Assembly (NCBI GenBank): GCA_000434295.1
Contig: HF994934.1
Span: forward strand, 140,561 to 204,560
Length of the DNA stretch: 64,000 nucleotides
Source: Acetobacter sp. CAG:977
GTDB taxonomy: Bacteria; Pseudomonadota; Alphaproteobacteria; CAAGCB01; CAG-977
Direction: 5' to 3'
Part shown: piece after piece, positions 27,669-37,237 of the stretch
Numbering within the stretch: the stretch's first letter is position 1
How the letters are laid out: the number at the start of each line of letters is the position of its first letter
Translations under genes and position numbers: made by a program
The notes under the pieces: model-generated
The model's input: only the letters and a program-made list of their open reading frames with translations
Database searches by the model: none
Told to the model about the DNA's origin: nothing

Positions 27669-28922
27669 ATGCATTTAAAAGAATTAAAGAAAAAGTCTCC
27701 TGCCGAGCTTTTGACAATGGCAGAAGAGCTGGGCGTTGAAAATGCTTCGACATTGAGGACCCAGGATTTGATTTTCGCCATTTTAAAACAGCTTTCCAAA
27801 AACGACGGCGTTTTAATGGACGAAGGCGTTATTGAAGTCATGCCCGACGGGTTCGGATTTTTACGTTCTCCGGAATCGAATTATCTGGCTGGTCCAGATG
27901 ACATTTATGTTTCTCCCAGTCAAGTACGCAAATTCGGTTTAAGAACCGGTGATACCGTTGAAGGCGAATTACGTGCTCCCAAAGACGGAGAACGTTATTT
28001 TGCTTTGACGAAAATTATCAAAATCAATTTTACGGATCCTGAAAACGTCCGTTACCGTATCAATTTTGATAACCTGACGCCGCTTCATCCCAATAAAAAA
28101 ATCAAAATGGAAAATGATTTGGACAATAAAAACATGACGTCCAGAATCATTGATTTGATTTGTCCTCAGGGAAAAGGTCAGCGCGGTATGATCGTGGCGC
28201 CGCCGCGTACGGGAAAAACGGTCATGATGCAAAATATTGCGCATGCCATAACGTCGAACAATCCGGAAATCTACCTGATTATGCTGTTGATTGACGAACG
28301 TCCCGAAGAAGTGACGGAAATGAAGCGTACGATTAAAGGCGAAGTCATCAGCTCCACCTTTGACGAACCTGCCTCCCGCCACGTTCAGGTTGCCGAAATG
28401 GTTATTGAAAAGGCAAAACGGTTGGTAGAGCATAAGCGCGACGTCGTTATCTTATTGGATTCGATTACCCGTTTAGCCAGAGCTTACAATACGGTTGTTC
28501 CCAGTTCCGGTAAAGTTTTGACCGGCGGTGTGGATGCTAATGCCTTGCAACGCCCGAAACGCTTTTTCGGCGCCGCCAGAAACATAGAAGAAGGCGGATC
28601 TTTGACCATTATCGGTACGGCGTTGATTGATACGGGTTCCCGTATGGATGAAGTTATTTTTGAAGAATTCAAAGGTACGGGTAATTCCGAAATTATTTTG
28701 GATCGCAAAGTTTCGGATAAACGTATATTCCCCGCAATCGACATAACCAAGTCCGGCACGCGCAAAGAAGAATTGTTGGTTGATCGGGCAACATTGTCGA
28801 AAATGTGGGTTTTGCGCCGTGTCTTAATGCCGATGGGCGTTACGGACGCAATGGAATTCTTGATTGAAAAATTAAAGATGTCGAAAAACAATCAAGACTT
28901 TTTTGATGCAATGAATTCATAA
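27669..28922 (+). CDS. rho: Transcription termination factor Rho
   Basis: N-terminal '[13 protein letters not shown]', Walker A 'APPRTGKT', 417 aa. Confidence 0.95.
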   Translation: MHLKELKKKSPAELLTMAEELGVENASTLRTQDLIFAILKQLSKNDGVLMDEGVIEVMPDGFGFLRSPESNYLAGPDDIYVSPSQVRKFGLRTGDTVEGELRAPKDGERYFALTKIIKINFTDPENVRYRINFDNLTPLHPNKKIKMENDLDNKNMTSRIIDLICPQGKGQRGMIVAPPRTGKTVMMQNIAHAITSNNPEIYLIMLLIDERPEEVTEMKRTIKGEVISSTFDEPASRHVQVAEMVIEKAKRLVEHKRDVVILLDSITRLARAYNTVVPSSGKVLTGGVDANALQRPKRFFGAARNIEEGGSLTIIGTALIDTGSRMDEVIFEEFKGTGNSEIILDRKVSDKRIFPAIDITKSGTRKEELLVDRATLSKMWVLRRVLMPMGVTDAMEFLIEKLKMSKNNQDFFDAMNS

Positions 28923-28935
28923 ATCCTGAAAAAAG

Positions 28936-28962
28936 AAACCCCCGATTTTCGGGGGTTTTTTG
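28936..28962. terminator. Bidirectional terminator between rho and hisB
   Basis: AACCCCCGA-tttt-TCGGGGGTT followed by a T-run. Confidence 0.75.
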
Positions 28963-28981
28963 TAAGATAAAAAGGATTATA

Positions 28982-29569
28982 TTAAAGGCTTTCTTTCGTA
29001 CTCGGCAATTTTCCGTTTAATTTCGGATCAATTTCGACGGCGGCTTTTAACGCGCGGGCAAAAGCTTTAAACACGGATTCGACGATATGGTGTGAATTTA
29101 TGCCGTATAAGTTTTCGATATGAACGGTTGCTCCGGCGTGCTGGGCAAATGCCGTAAAAAATTCGCGAAAGACTTCGGAATCGATGTCTCCGATTTTTTG
29201 AGAAGGAATATTGACGTTCCAGACCAAATACGACCGTCCGCTTAAATCAATGATGCACCGGCTCAAGGCTTCGTCCATCGGGATGCAAGTCGAACCGTAG
29301 CGGCAAATGCCTTTTTTATCGCCCAGAGCTTTTGCAAAAGCTTCGCCTAAAACAATGCCGACGTCTTCGACCAAGTGATGGGCATCGACGTGTAAGTCTC
29401 CGACGGCATCAATGTTTAATCCGATCATTGCGTGTCTGGAGATTTGATTAAGCATATGGTCGAAAAATCCGCAACGCGTATTGATGTTGCAATTATCGCC
29501 GTTATCCAAATTGATTTGGATTTTTATGTCTGTTTCAGCTGTTTTTCTGGAAACTTCTGCCGAACGCAT
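28982..29569 (-). CDS. hisB: Imidazoleglycerol-phosphate dehydratase
   Basis: IGPD motifs 'DHMLNQISRH', 'VDAHHLVEDVGIVLG'. Confidence 0.9.
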   Translation of the reverse strand: MRSAEVSRKTAETDIKIQINLDNGDNCNINTRCGFFDHMLNQISRHAMIGLNIDAVGDLHVDAHHLVEDVGIVLGEAFAKALGDKKGICRYGSTCIPMDEALSRCIIDLSGRSYLVWNVNIPSQKIGDIDSEVFREFFTAFAQHAGATVHIENLYGINSHHIVESVFKAFARALKAAVEIDPKLNGKLPSTKESL

Positions 29570-29697
29570 AGATATTTCCTTTCTTTTTTTTAAAACCGCT
29601 TTATAACTTACCCGAAAGGCGATTTTAAAACAAGCAGGGTCTTTTTTTCAAAGGGCTCAAATCTTATATCTAAGCGTTCGGTTATAAGGAGAATTGA

Positions 29698-30240
29698 ATG
29701 GAACAGCACCCCATGACATGGAAGGGCACGACGATACTTTCCGTTCGCAAAGGCGCAGACGTTGTTGTCGCGGGCGACGGACAGGTAACGTTCGGGAACA
29801 CCGTTATGAAAAGCAATGCCAAAAAAGTCCGCAGGCTTGGCAACGGAGACATTATTGCCGGTTTTGCGGGATCAACGGCGGACGCATTTACATTGTTTGA
29901 ACGTTTGGAAACCAAGATAGAAAAATATTCGGGACAATTGACCCGTGCTTGCGTTGAATTGGCAAAGGATTGGCGTACGGACAGATATTTGCGCCGTTTG
30001 GAAGCCATGATGATCGTGGCGGACAAAGACGTTTCTTTGGTATTAAGCGGCAACGGCGACGTTTTGGAACCCGAAGACGGCATTGTCGGGATCGGTTCCG
30101 GCGGGTCGTATGCTTTAGCGGCGGCCAGAGCATTGTCGGACACCGACATGACGGCGGAAGAAATAGCATTGAAATCGATGCAAATTGCGGCGGACATTTG
30201 CATTTACACCAACCATAACATCATTGTGGAAAAAATATGA
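29698..30240 (+). CDS. hslV: ATP-dependent protease subunit HslV, with a ~10-aa extension before the catalytic Thr
   Basis: Aligns to E. coli HslV from 'TTILSVRKG'; '[13 protein letters not shown]', '[14 protein letters not shown]'. No in-frame start codon sits directly before the Thr-Thr. Confidence 0.9.
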   Translation: MEQHPMTWKGTTILSVRKGADVVVAGDGQVTFGNTVMKSNAKKVRRLGNGDIIAGFAGSTADAFTLFERLETKIEKYSGQLTRACVELAKDWRTDRYLRRLEAMMIVADKDVSLVLSGNGDVLEPEDGIVGIGSGGSYALAAARALSDTDMTAEEIALKSMQIAADICIYTNHNIIVEKI

Positions 30241-31547
30241 GTACATCATTCAGCCCCAGAGAAATCGTATCCGAGCTTGACCGTTTTATCGTCGGACAAG
30301 ACGAAGCCAAACGTGCGGTAGCTGTAGCATTGCGCAATCGTTGGCGCCGTCAGCAGCTTTCTCCTTCGTTAAGGGAGGAAGTCGTTCCGAAAAATATTTT
30401 AATGATCGGACCGACAGGCGTCGGCAAAACGGAAATAGCGCGTCGTCTGGCGAAATTGGCTCAAGCGCCGTTTATCAAGGTAGAAGCAACGAAATTTACG
30501 GAAATCGGCTATGTCGGCCGTGATGTGGAAAGTATCATTCGTGACATGGTCGAAGTTGCCGTAACGATGACGCGCAAAAAAATGCGCAAAGAAGTTCACG
30601 TTAAAGCGGAAGCGGCGGCGGAAGAACGAGTTTTGGATGCTTTGGTCGGTAATTCCGCGACGGAAGAAACGCGTCAAAAATTCAGAAAGCTTTTGCGCGA
30701 AGGATCATTGGATGACAAAGAAATCGAAATAGAAGTTTTGGACAATTCTTCGAATTCGATGCCGACGTTTGATGTTCCCGGCATGCCGGGAGCCCAGATG
30801 GGCATGATCAGCCTTGGTGATCTTTTAGGCGGAAAAGTTGCGAATTATCGCAAGCGCAAAATGACGGTAAAGGACTCTTACGACGTTCTGGTTACGGAAG
30901 AAAGCGACAAGCTGATCGACGATGAAAAAATCGTCAAAGAAGCTTTGGAATCCGTGGAGAATAACGGAATAGTCTTTATTGACGAATTCGACAAGATTTG
31001 CGGATCCGACGAACGCAAAGGCCCCGATGTATCGCGCGAAGGCGTTCAAAGGGATTTGTTGCCGTTAATAGAAGGCACGACGGTATCGACAAAGCGCGGA
31101 ACCGTTAAGACGGATCATATTTTGTTTATAGCATCGGGTGCGTTTCACATATCGAAACCGTCTGATTTGCTTCCCGAGCTTCAGGGCAGACTTCCGATTC
31201 GCGTAGAACTGAAGCCTTTGACGAAAGAAGACTTTTACCGTATTTTGACCGAACCTGAAGGAAATTTGATATTGCAGTACAAAGAGCTGTTAAAGACCGA
31301 AAATTTCACGTTGGAATTTACGGACGACGCCGTTCGTGAAATAGCGGCATTAGCGGCGGAAGTTAACGAGAACGTTGAAAACATCGGCGCCCGCCGTCTG
31401 CATACGATTTTGGAAAAATTGTTGGAAGACGTCAGTTTTACGGCTTCCGACCGTTCGGGTCAGACGGAAACGATAACCAAAGAAATCGTCCGAGAAAAAG
31501 TCGGCAATTTGGCAAAATCTTCTGACCTTTCAAAATTTATTTTGTAA
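30237..31547 (+). CDS. hslU: ATP-dependent protease ATPase subunit HslU
   Basis: '[22 protein letters not shown]' Walker A, 436 aa. Confidence 0.95.
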   Translation: MSTSFSPREIVSELDRFIVGQDEAKRAVAVALRNRWRRQQLSPSLREEVVPKNILMIGPTGVGKTEIARRLAKLAQAPFIKVEATKFTEIGYVGRDVESIIRDMVEVAVTMTRKKMRKEVHVKAEAAAEERVLDALVGNSATEETRQKFRKLLREGSLDDKEIEIEVLDNSSNSMPTFDVPGMPGAQMGMISLGDLLGGKVANYRKRKMTVKDSYDVLVTEESDKLIDDEKIVKEALESVENNGIVFIDEFDKICGSDERKGPDVSREGVQRDLLPLIEGTTVSTKRGTVKTDHILFIASGAFHISKPSDLLPELQGRLPIRVELKPLTKEDFYRILTEPEGNLILQYKELLKTENFTLEFTDDAVREIAALAAEVNENVENIGARRLHTILEKLLEDVSFTASDRSGQTETITKEIVREKVGNLAKSSDLSKFIL

Positions 31548-31596
31548 AATGACAGCCGGGCTTTTAAGCTCGGCTTTTTTAATCGGGAAAGAAAAA

Positions 31597-32121
31597 ATGT
31601 TCGCAAAGGTTTTTGTTTTTACGTTTTCAGCGTTAATTTTTGCCTGTACGCCATTATCGTCAAACGTTAAAAGCTATAACCGTCCCGGCGCTCCGCTAAC
31701 GGCACCTTCACGACCGAACGCAAAAGTTTCAAGCATAAATCGGTCTTTTTATTTTAATCCTCCCGATACATCCGAAGTCATACGCACGGCAACGGGTTGC
31801 CGTTATTATCAAACGGAAACGCTTATTCCGACGTTAAGTTTTGCAGAACCGTTAAAGTTTGTACATGTTTTGGCGGCAGAGCTGAACAAAGCAAAGAAGT
31901 CGGATTCCAAAGCTTCGCTCTCCTGCCGCCGAGACGGGAACGACATGATTTACACGGTTTCAAACAAAGGCTCAAAACGCGGATTTTCGTTCGGTTACAG
32001 GGACGGTAAATTGATTTTGAACGGCATTTCTGTTAATGGAAACGTCCGCAAATGTGCAACGGCGAAAGAATGCGCATCGGCATTTTTGGCAAAAAATAAA
32101 TCGGCATTAGGTTTGAGATGA
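31597..32121 (+). CDS. Putative lipoprotein, unknown function
   Basis: Signal peptide 'MFAKVFVFTFSALIFAC' with a lipobox-like IFAC. The 31549 ORF start overlaps the hslU stop; ATG at 31597 is preferred. Confidence 0.5.
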   Translation: MFAKVFVFTFSALIFACTPLSSNVKSYNRPGAPLTAPSRPNAKVSSINRSFYFNPPDTSEVIRTATGCRYYQTETLIPTLSFAEPLKFVHVLAAELNKAKKSDSKASLSCRRDGNDMIYTVSNKGSKRGFSFGYRDGKLILNGISVNGNVRKCATAKECASAFLAKNKSALGLR

Positions 32122-32654
32122 AGACTTTTTTTGAACTGTTTTGGGTATTTTTCAAGATAGGGACATTTACGATCGGCGGCGGTTTTGCGATGCTTCCCGT
32201 TATCAAGGCGGAGTTGGTCGACCGCAAAAAGTGGGTGGAAGAGTCTGAATTTTTGGACATTTTGGCGATTGTGCAATCGTCTCCCGGACCGATTGCCGTG
32301 AATACGGCAGTATTTTTGGGACTGAGGATATACGGTTTTTTAGGACTGATTGCGGCGACGCTCGGCGCCATTTTGCCGTCGTTTATCATTATATTGCTGA
32401 TAGCGATGCTGTTTCAGGGCATACAGAATAATCCGTATTTTATTGCGGCGTTTAAAGGGATAAAGCCTGCGGTGGTTGCCTTGATATTGGTTCCCGTTAT
32501 TTCTTTGGCAAAGAAAGCGAATGCGGGCGGGATAAGGTTTTTGTTTCCCGTGGGAATAGCTTTGGCGGTGGCGTACGGTCATGTTTCGCCGATTTTATTT
32601 ATCATAGCGGCGATGGTCTTGGGAAATGTTTGGTTTTTAAGGCAAAAGAAATGA
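32118..32654 (+). CDS. chrA: Chromate transporter ChrA, N-terminal-type half (short-chain CHR)
   Basis: 'FGGGFAMLPVI' CHR signature; 178 aa. Confidence 0.8.
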   Translation: MKTFFELFWVFFKIGTFTIGGGFAMLPVIKAELVDRKKWVEESEFLDILAIVQSSPGPIAVNTAVFLGLRIYGFLGLIAATLGAILPSFIIILLIAMLFQGIQNNPYFIAAFKGIKPAVVALILVPVISLAKKANAGGIRFLFPVGIALAVAYGHVSPILFIIAAMVLGNVWFLRQKK

Positions 32655-33178
32655 TATTTTTTGAACTGTTTTGGACATTTTTCAAGATAGGTTTATTCAG
32701 CTTTGGCGGCGGATACGCGATGCTTGCGCTGATTCAGAATGAAGTTGTCAGGGTACATTCATGGGTAACGAATTCGCAATTTGCGGACATTGTTGCGGTA
32801 TCTCAGGTAACGCCGGGACCGATAGCGATTAACGCGCCGACGTACATAGGGTATCAGACGACGGGAACGATCGGCGGATCGTTTTGGGCGACGTTCGGGG
32901 TAAGCCTGCCGTCGATATTGGTAACGACGATATTATTTATATTTTTGAGCAAGTTTAAGGATTCGCCGTACATAAAGAATGCGTTTAAGGCGTTAAAGCC
33001 GACGGTGATAGGATTAATTTTAAGTGCGGCATTGGTTTTAATGACGCCTGACAATTTTTCGGGGTATGAAAGTTATCTGATTTTTGCGGCGTCGTTTTTT
33101 GCGTGTTATCGATTCAGCATCAGCCCGATCACATTAGTGATTGTTTCGGGGGCTGCGGGGGTCCTGATTTACGGCTAA
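32630..33178 (+). CDS. chrA: Chromate transporter ChrA, C-terminal-type half (short-chain CHR)
   Basis: 'FGGGYAMLALI' CHR signature; overlaps the first half by 25 bp. Confidence 0.8.
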   Translation: MVFKAKEMIFFELFWTFFKIGLFSFGGGYAMLALIQNEVVRVHSWVTNSQFADIVAVSQVTPGPIAINAPTYIGYQTTGTIGGSFWATFGVSLPSILVTTILFIFLSKFKDSPYIKNAFKALKPTVIGLILSAALVLMTPDNFSGYESYLIFAASFFACYRFSISPITLVIVSGAAGVLIYG

Positions 33179-33232
33179 AATATTATAACGATTCCGAAAC
33201 GACGCTTTGTTTCAGCCAATGAAACGGTGTAA

Positions 33233-33248
33233 TGTTTCACGTGAAACA
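33233..33248. other. parS: parS site, perfect 16/16 (TGTTTCACGTGAAACA)
   Basis: Embedded in a 20-bp perfect palindrome AATGTTTCACGTGAAACATT upstream of rsmG-parAB. Confidence 0.85.
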
Positions 33249-33355
33249 TTGTTTCTAACCCTTTGAAAAACCTTTGGATTTAAAAATAAAAAAAATTCTT
33301 CTTTGGTTTTTTGAACGAAGTATGTATTTTTAAACTAACAAATTCGAAAAAAAAA

Positions 33356-33371
33356 TGTTTCACGTGAAACA
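33356..33371. other. parS: parS site, perfect 16/16 (TGTTTCACGTGAAACA)
   Basis: Second perfect copy, ~20 bp upstream of the rsmG GTG start. Confidence 0.85.
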
Positions 33372-33389
33372 TCAAGGGGGGGCATTTTC

Positions 33390-34013
33390 GTGATAACGGA
33401 CAATCGGGATAAAACGATACGTTTGTTAAATCTGTCCGATACGGGGACGGAAAAAATGGACGCGTATGTCTCTTTGTTGGAAGAATGGCAATCAAAAATG
33501 AATTTGGTCAGCTCTTCCAGCTTGCCCGATGTATGGAACCGCCATGTTTTGGATTCGGGACAGCTTTATAAATATATAAAAGACTCCGATAAAACGATTT
33601 TTGATTTTGGCAGCGGTGCCGGCTTTCCGGCTTTGGTGCTGGCAATTATGGACGAAGGCAAAAACCGAAAATTTCATTTGGTGGAAAGCGACGGAAAAAA
33701 ATGTTCTTTTCTGGAAACGGTTATTAAGGAATGTCAATTAAACGCCGTCGTTCATAATGAACGCATAGAAAAAATATCCGTTTCCTCCGCAGATTTAATT
33801 ACAGCCAGAGCTTTGGCGGCTTTGGATAAATTGTTGGCATATGCACTTCCGTATATGTCCGAAAAAACGCGTTGCCTGTTTTTAAAGGGGAAAAAAGCTC
33901 CCGAAGAAATAAAGGCAGCCGAAAAAAAATGGTCGTTCAAAAAAACGATTCATCTCAGCCTTTCCGGAGAAGAAGGCCGCATTCTTGAACTTTCAGAGGT
34001 AAAAAAGAAATGA
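33390..34013 (+). CDS. rsmG: 16S rRNA (guanine527-N7)-methyltransferase RsmG (GidB)
   Basis: 'DFGSGAGFPALVLAI' SAM motif. GTG start follows a poly-G RBS; an alternative Met lies ~60 nt downstream. Confidence 0.9.
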   Translation: MITDNRDKTIRLLNLSDTGTEKMDAYVSLLEEWQSKMNLVSSSSLPDVWNRHVLDSGQLYKYIKDSDKTIFDFGSGAGFPALVLAIMDEGKNRKFHLVESDGKKCSFLETVIKECQLNAVVHNERIEKISVSSADLITARALAALDKLLAYALPYMSEKTRCLFLKGKKAPEEIKAAEKKWSFKKTIHLSLSGEEGRILELSEVKKK

Positions 34014-34804
34014 CTTCCGTTCATACAAGACCGCGCATAATTTCCATATCAAACCAAAAAGGCGGCGTCGGCAAAACGACGACGGCCGTTAATTTGGCAA
34101 CGGCATTGGCGGCCGTGAATAAAAAAGTTTTGATTTTGGATCTGGATCCGCAGGGCAATGCGACAACCAGCGTCGGCATTGACAGACGCAAGGCGCCTAA
34201 GAATATGTATCAGGTTTTGATGGGCGAAGAAAAATTGTCCTCTTCCATCATCTGGACAAAGATACCGAATTTGTCGGTTGTGTCTTCCAGCAAAGATCTG
34301 GTCGGCGTTGATTTTGAATTGTCAGGACGCGAAAATCCCCAGTTCTTTTTAAAAAACGCGTTAGAAGCCGAAATGCCGGCTTATGATTACATTTTGATTG
34401 ATTGCCCTCCTGCAGTCGGTATGCTGACGGTCAACGCACTGGTGGCGGCGGATTCGGTTATGGTTCCCATTCAATGCGAATATCTGGCTTTGGAAGGCGT
34501 TGCCGATTTAATGAAAACCGTCGAACGGGTAAAGAAAAATTTTAATCCGCGCTTGGATATTCAAGGCATCGTATTAACGATGTTTGACGGACGGAACCGT
34601 TTGTCTGATTTGGTGGCGCAGGACGTCCGCAGCTTTTTCGGACAAAAGGTTTATAACACGGTTATTCCCAGAAACGTCCGTGTTTCCGAAGCCCCTTCGC
34701 ACGGAAAACCGATTTTATTGTATGATTTTAAAAGCTCCGGAGCACAAGCATATATCAGCTTGGCGGGCGAAATATTGAAAAGAGAACGGGAGTACGCAAA
34801 ATGA
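34010..34804 (+). CDS. parA: Chromosome partitioning ATPase ParA
   Basis: Deviant Walker A 'NQKGGVGKTTT'. Confidence 0.95.
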   Translation: MTSVHTRPRIISISNQKGGVGKTTTAVNLATALAAVNKKVLILDLDPQGNATTSVGIDRRKAPKNMYQVLMGEEKLSSSIIWTKIPNLSVVSSSKDLVGVDFELSGRENPQFFLKNALEAEMPAYDYILIDCPPAVGMLTVNALVAADSVMVPIQCEYLALEGVADLMKTVERVKKNFNPRLDIQGIVLTMFDGRNRLSDLVAQDVRSFFGQKVYNTVIPRNVRVSEAPSHGKPILLYDFKSSGAQAYISLAGEILKREREYAK

Positions 34805-35829
34805 GCACGAAGAATTTAGGCCGCGGATTAAACGCATTGTTGGGCGATGACGACAATGAAACGTCATATGTCCCGTCAAGCGGAGAAACGGTAAATACCG
34901 TTGCTTTGTCGTCCTTGGAACCCAGCCCTTTTCAGCCGCGTCGCGTGTTTGATGAAAACGCCATAAATGATTTGGTCGAATCCATAAAAACAAAAGGCGT
35001 TCTTCAGCCTTTATTGGTTCGCCGCAAGAACGGAGAAGAAAACAAGTATGAAATTATCGGGGGCGAACGGCGTTGGCGCGCCTCTCAAATGGCGGGGTTA
35101 AGCGAAATTCCCGTTTTAATTAAAACGTTTTCGGACAAAGAGGCTTTGGAAGTCGCTTTGATAGAAAACCTGCAACGCCAAGACTTGAATCCTTTGGAAG
35201 AAGCCGAAGGTTATCGCCGCTTGATGGAAGAATTTTCAAATACGCAGGAAGATTTGGCAAAAGCAGTCGGCAAAAGCCGCAGCCATGTTGCAAACATGAT
35301 GCGTTTGTTGGGATTGCCCGACAAAGTTAAGGAAAGTCTGGAACAAGGCAAACTGACTTCCGGACACGCCAGAGCACTGTTAAACGCCAAGAATCCGGAA
35401 CAGCTGGCTGAAATAGTCATTTCAAAAGGATTAAACGTCCGTCAAACGGAAAAGCTGGCTCAGGATGCAGGCGAGAAAAAGCCCAGAACGGCAACGGCAA
35501 AACATACGGAAAAGCAGGCAGAATGGGAAAATCTGGCTTCCGATCTGACAAGATCTCTGGGCATTTCCGTTTCGATCAAGCCGAAAGCACGCGGCGGCGA
35601 ATTAATATTGTCTTATTCAAATTTGGAGGAATTGGATGATATTATCCGCCGTTTAAGCGACGGCAAAAAAGCCGAAAAAAATGATTCTGCAGCCCCTGTT
35701 TCAGAATCCGTCGTAACGGTTTCTTCCGAAAAAGACGAAGATGTCATTTCTTTTTCCGAAGAATGGAAGGACTTGAACGTCGATGACGACGTGATCAGTT
35801 TGGATAAATTGGGCGGAAATGCGGGCTGA
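34801..35829 (+). CDS. parB: Chromosome partitioning protein ParB
   Basis: 'LGRGLNALLG' N-terminus, ParB box 'GERRWRA', HTH; acidic C-terminal tail. Confidence 0.95.
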   Translation: MSTKNLGRGLNALLGDDDNETSYVPSSGETVNTVALSSLEPSPFQPRRVFDENAINDLVESIKTKGVLQPLLVRRKNGEENKYEIIGGERRWRASQMAGLSEIPVLIKTFSDKEALEVALIENLQRQDLNPLEEAEGYRRLMEEFSNTQEDLAKAVGKSRSHVANMMRLLGLPDKVKESLEQGKLTSGHARALLNAKNPEQLAEIVISKGLNVRQTEKLAQDAGEKKPRTATAKHTEKQAEWENLASDLTRSLGISVSIKPKARGGELILSYSNLEELDDIIRRLSDGKKAEKNDSAAPVSESVVTVSSEKDEDVISFSEEWKDLNVDDDVISLDKLGGNAG

Positions 35830-35911
35830 TTTTTCATTTCGATAAAAAAATAAAATAAACCGATATCGAAATAAAACAGAAAAAATCATTTTGAAATCGT
35901 TATGAATGACA

Positions 35912-35940
35912 AAAACGCCGATTTCGGCGTTTTTGTTTTG
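35912..35940. terminator. Bidirectional terminator between parB and yraN
   Basis: AAAACGCCGA-ttt-CGGCGTTTT plus flanking T-runs. Confidence 0.7.
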
Positions 35941-35944
35941 TTCT

Positions 35945-36328
35945 CTACACCTGAAAGGCGTTTTTTATGTGATCGGGAAGCGAAAAAGGTGTCATCAGAA
36001 TAACGTCGAATCTTTTTTCAAAATTTTCAAATTCGGGATGCAAAGATAAAAAATATAAAGCCCCTCTGATCCGTCTTTGACGGACGGAATACGAAACCGC
36101 CTCTGCGGCATCGGTTTTGCTTTTACGCAATTTGACTTCGACAAAAACCAAAACGTCGGATTTAATCGCGATTAAATCTATTTCCCCCGCACCGGAACCT
36201 CGCGGCGGGCGAAAATTCTTTTCCAAAATCCGATACCCTTTTAAAGAAAGAAATATTGCGGCTTTGATTTCTGCGCTTTTCCCGTCTTTTCGGGCTTTTT
36301 CGCCTTGTTTTCGTTTAAATTCCGCCAT
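35945..36328 (-). CDS. yraN: YraN family (UPF0102) putative endonuclease
   Basis: 127 aa; 'GEIDLIA' ... 'VFVEVK' restriction-endonuclease-like core; adjacent to rsmI as in E. coli. Confidence 0.75.
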   Translation of the reverse strand: MAEFKRKQGEKARKDGKSAEIKAAIFLSLKGYRILEKNFRPPRGSGAGEIDLIAIKSDVLVFVEVKLRKSKTDAAEAVSYSVRQRRIRGALYFLSLHPEFENFEKRFDVILMTPFSLPDHIKNAFQV

Positions 36329-37169
36329 TTTTTATTTCAAGAGCTTTTTCATAAACCGTTTTTTTGTTCAGCCCCGTTTCGGCGACAATTCGTGCGACAG
36401 CGTCTTTTAAACTTGCGGATTCCAGTGCTTGTTTTAAAAGAGCGGTCAACGTTTCTTCATTTACGGCTTCCGTTTTTTCGGGGGCGGAAACGACTAAAAC
36501 GAATTCTCCTTTCGGAACGCCGTTTTCTTTGTAAATTTCAAGAGCGTTTGAAATCGTCGTACGCAGGGTTTCTTCGAATTTTTTGGTCAGCTCTCTGGCG
36601 ACGGCAATCTTTCGGTCACCCAAAACTTCCAGCATATCTGTCAGGGTTTCTTCGATTCTTTGCGGAGCTTCGTAAAATATCAAGGTCGAGTTTATGGTTG
36701 ACAGTTCTTTAAGCTCTTTTTTGCGAGCGGCGGACTTTACGGGCAAAAAACCGTTAAAAAGAAAGCGGTGGCACGGTAATCCCGACAGCTGAAGCGCCGT
36801 CAGAACGGCGGAAGCTCCCGGAACGGCGGTGACATATATGTCTTCGCGGATGCAGTCTTGCACCAGTCTGTAGCCCGGATCGTTAACCAAAGGCGTTCCG
36901 GCATCGGAAACCAAAGCGACGGTTTCGCCGTTTTTCAGGCGTTTTATCAAAGCGGGTCTTGCTTTTTCGGCGTTATGTTCGTGATAAGGAGTTAACGGGG
37001 CGGATATGCCCAAAAGAGAAAACAGTTTGGAAGTCACCCTTGTATCTTCGCAAGCGACGATATCGGCATTTTTTAAAATTTTGACGGCTCTGTCGGAAAT
37101 ATCGCCCAAATTGCCGATAGGGGTTGAAACTAAATACAAACCATTTATAAAAGAAGTCTGTTCAGACAT
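36315..37169 (-). CDS. rsmI: 16S rRNA (cytidine1402-2'-O)-methyltransferase RsmI
   Basis: 'LYLVSTPIGNLGDIS' tetrapyrrole-methylase-like N-terminus; 284 aa. Confidence 0.9.
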   Translation of the reverse strand: MSEQTSFINGLYLVSTPIGNLGDISDRAVKILKNADIVACEDTRVTSKLFSLLGISAPLTPYHEHNAEKARPALIKRLKNGETVALVSDAGTPLVNDPGYRLVQDCIREDIYVTAVPGASAVLTALQLSGLPCHRFLFNGFLPVKSAARKKELKELSTINSTLIFYEAPQRIEETLTDMLEVLGDRKIAVARELTKKFEETLRTTISNALEIYKENGVPKGEFVLVVSAPEKTEAVNEETLTALLKQALESASLKDAVARIVAETGLNKKTVYEKALEIKNGGI

Positions 37170-37237
37170 TTGCCATCCTTTTCAAAAACGGGTAAGATGC
37201 CCTAGATTTAAAACGTTTTCAGGACAGGAGCAATCTT

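Noticed and set aside
33231-33372. Perfect 18-20-bp palindromes first considered as a novel transcription-factor operator or weak terminators
   Set aside because: The sequence is exactly the well-known parS consensus TGTTNCACGTGAAACA, so it is reported as parS rather than as a novel element.
33376-33382. G7 homopolymer immediately upstream of rsmG start (possible phase-variable tract)
   Set aside because: It is positioned as a Shine-Dalgarno (AAGGGGGGG), and slipped-strand phase variation is not expected for a housekeeping rRNA methyltransferase. Noted only.
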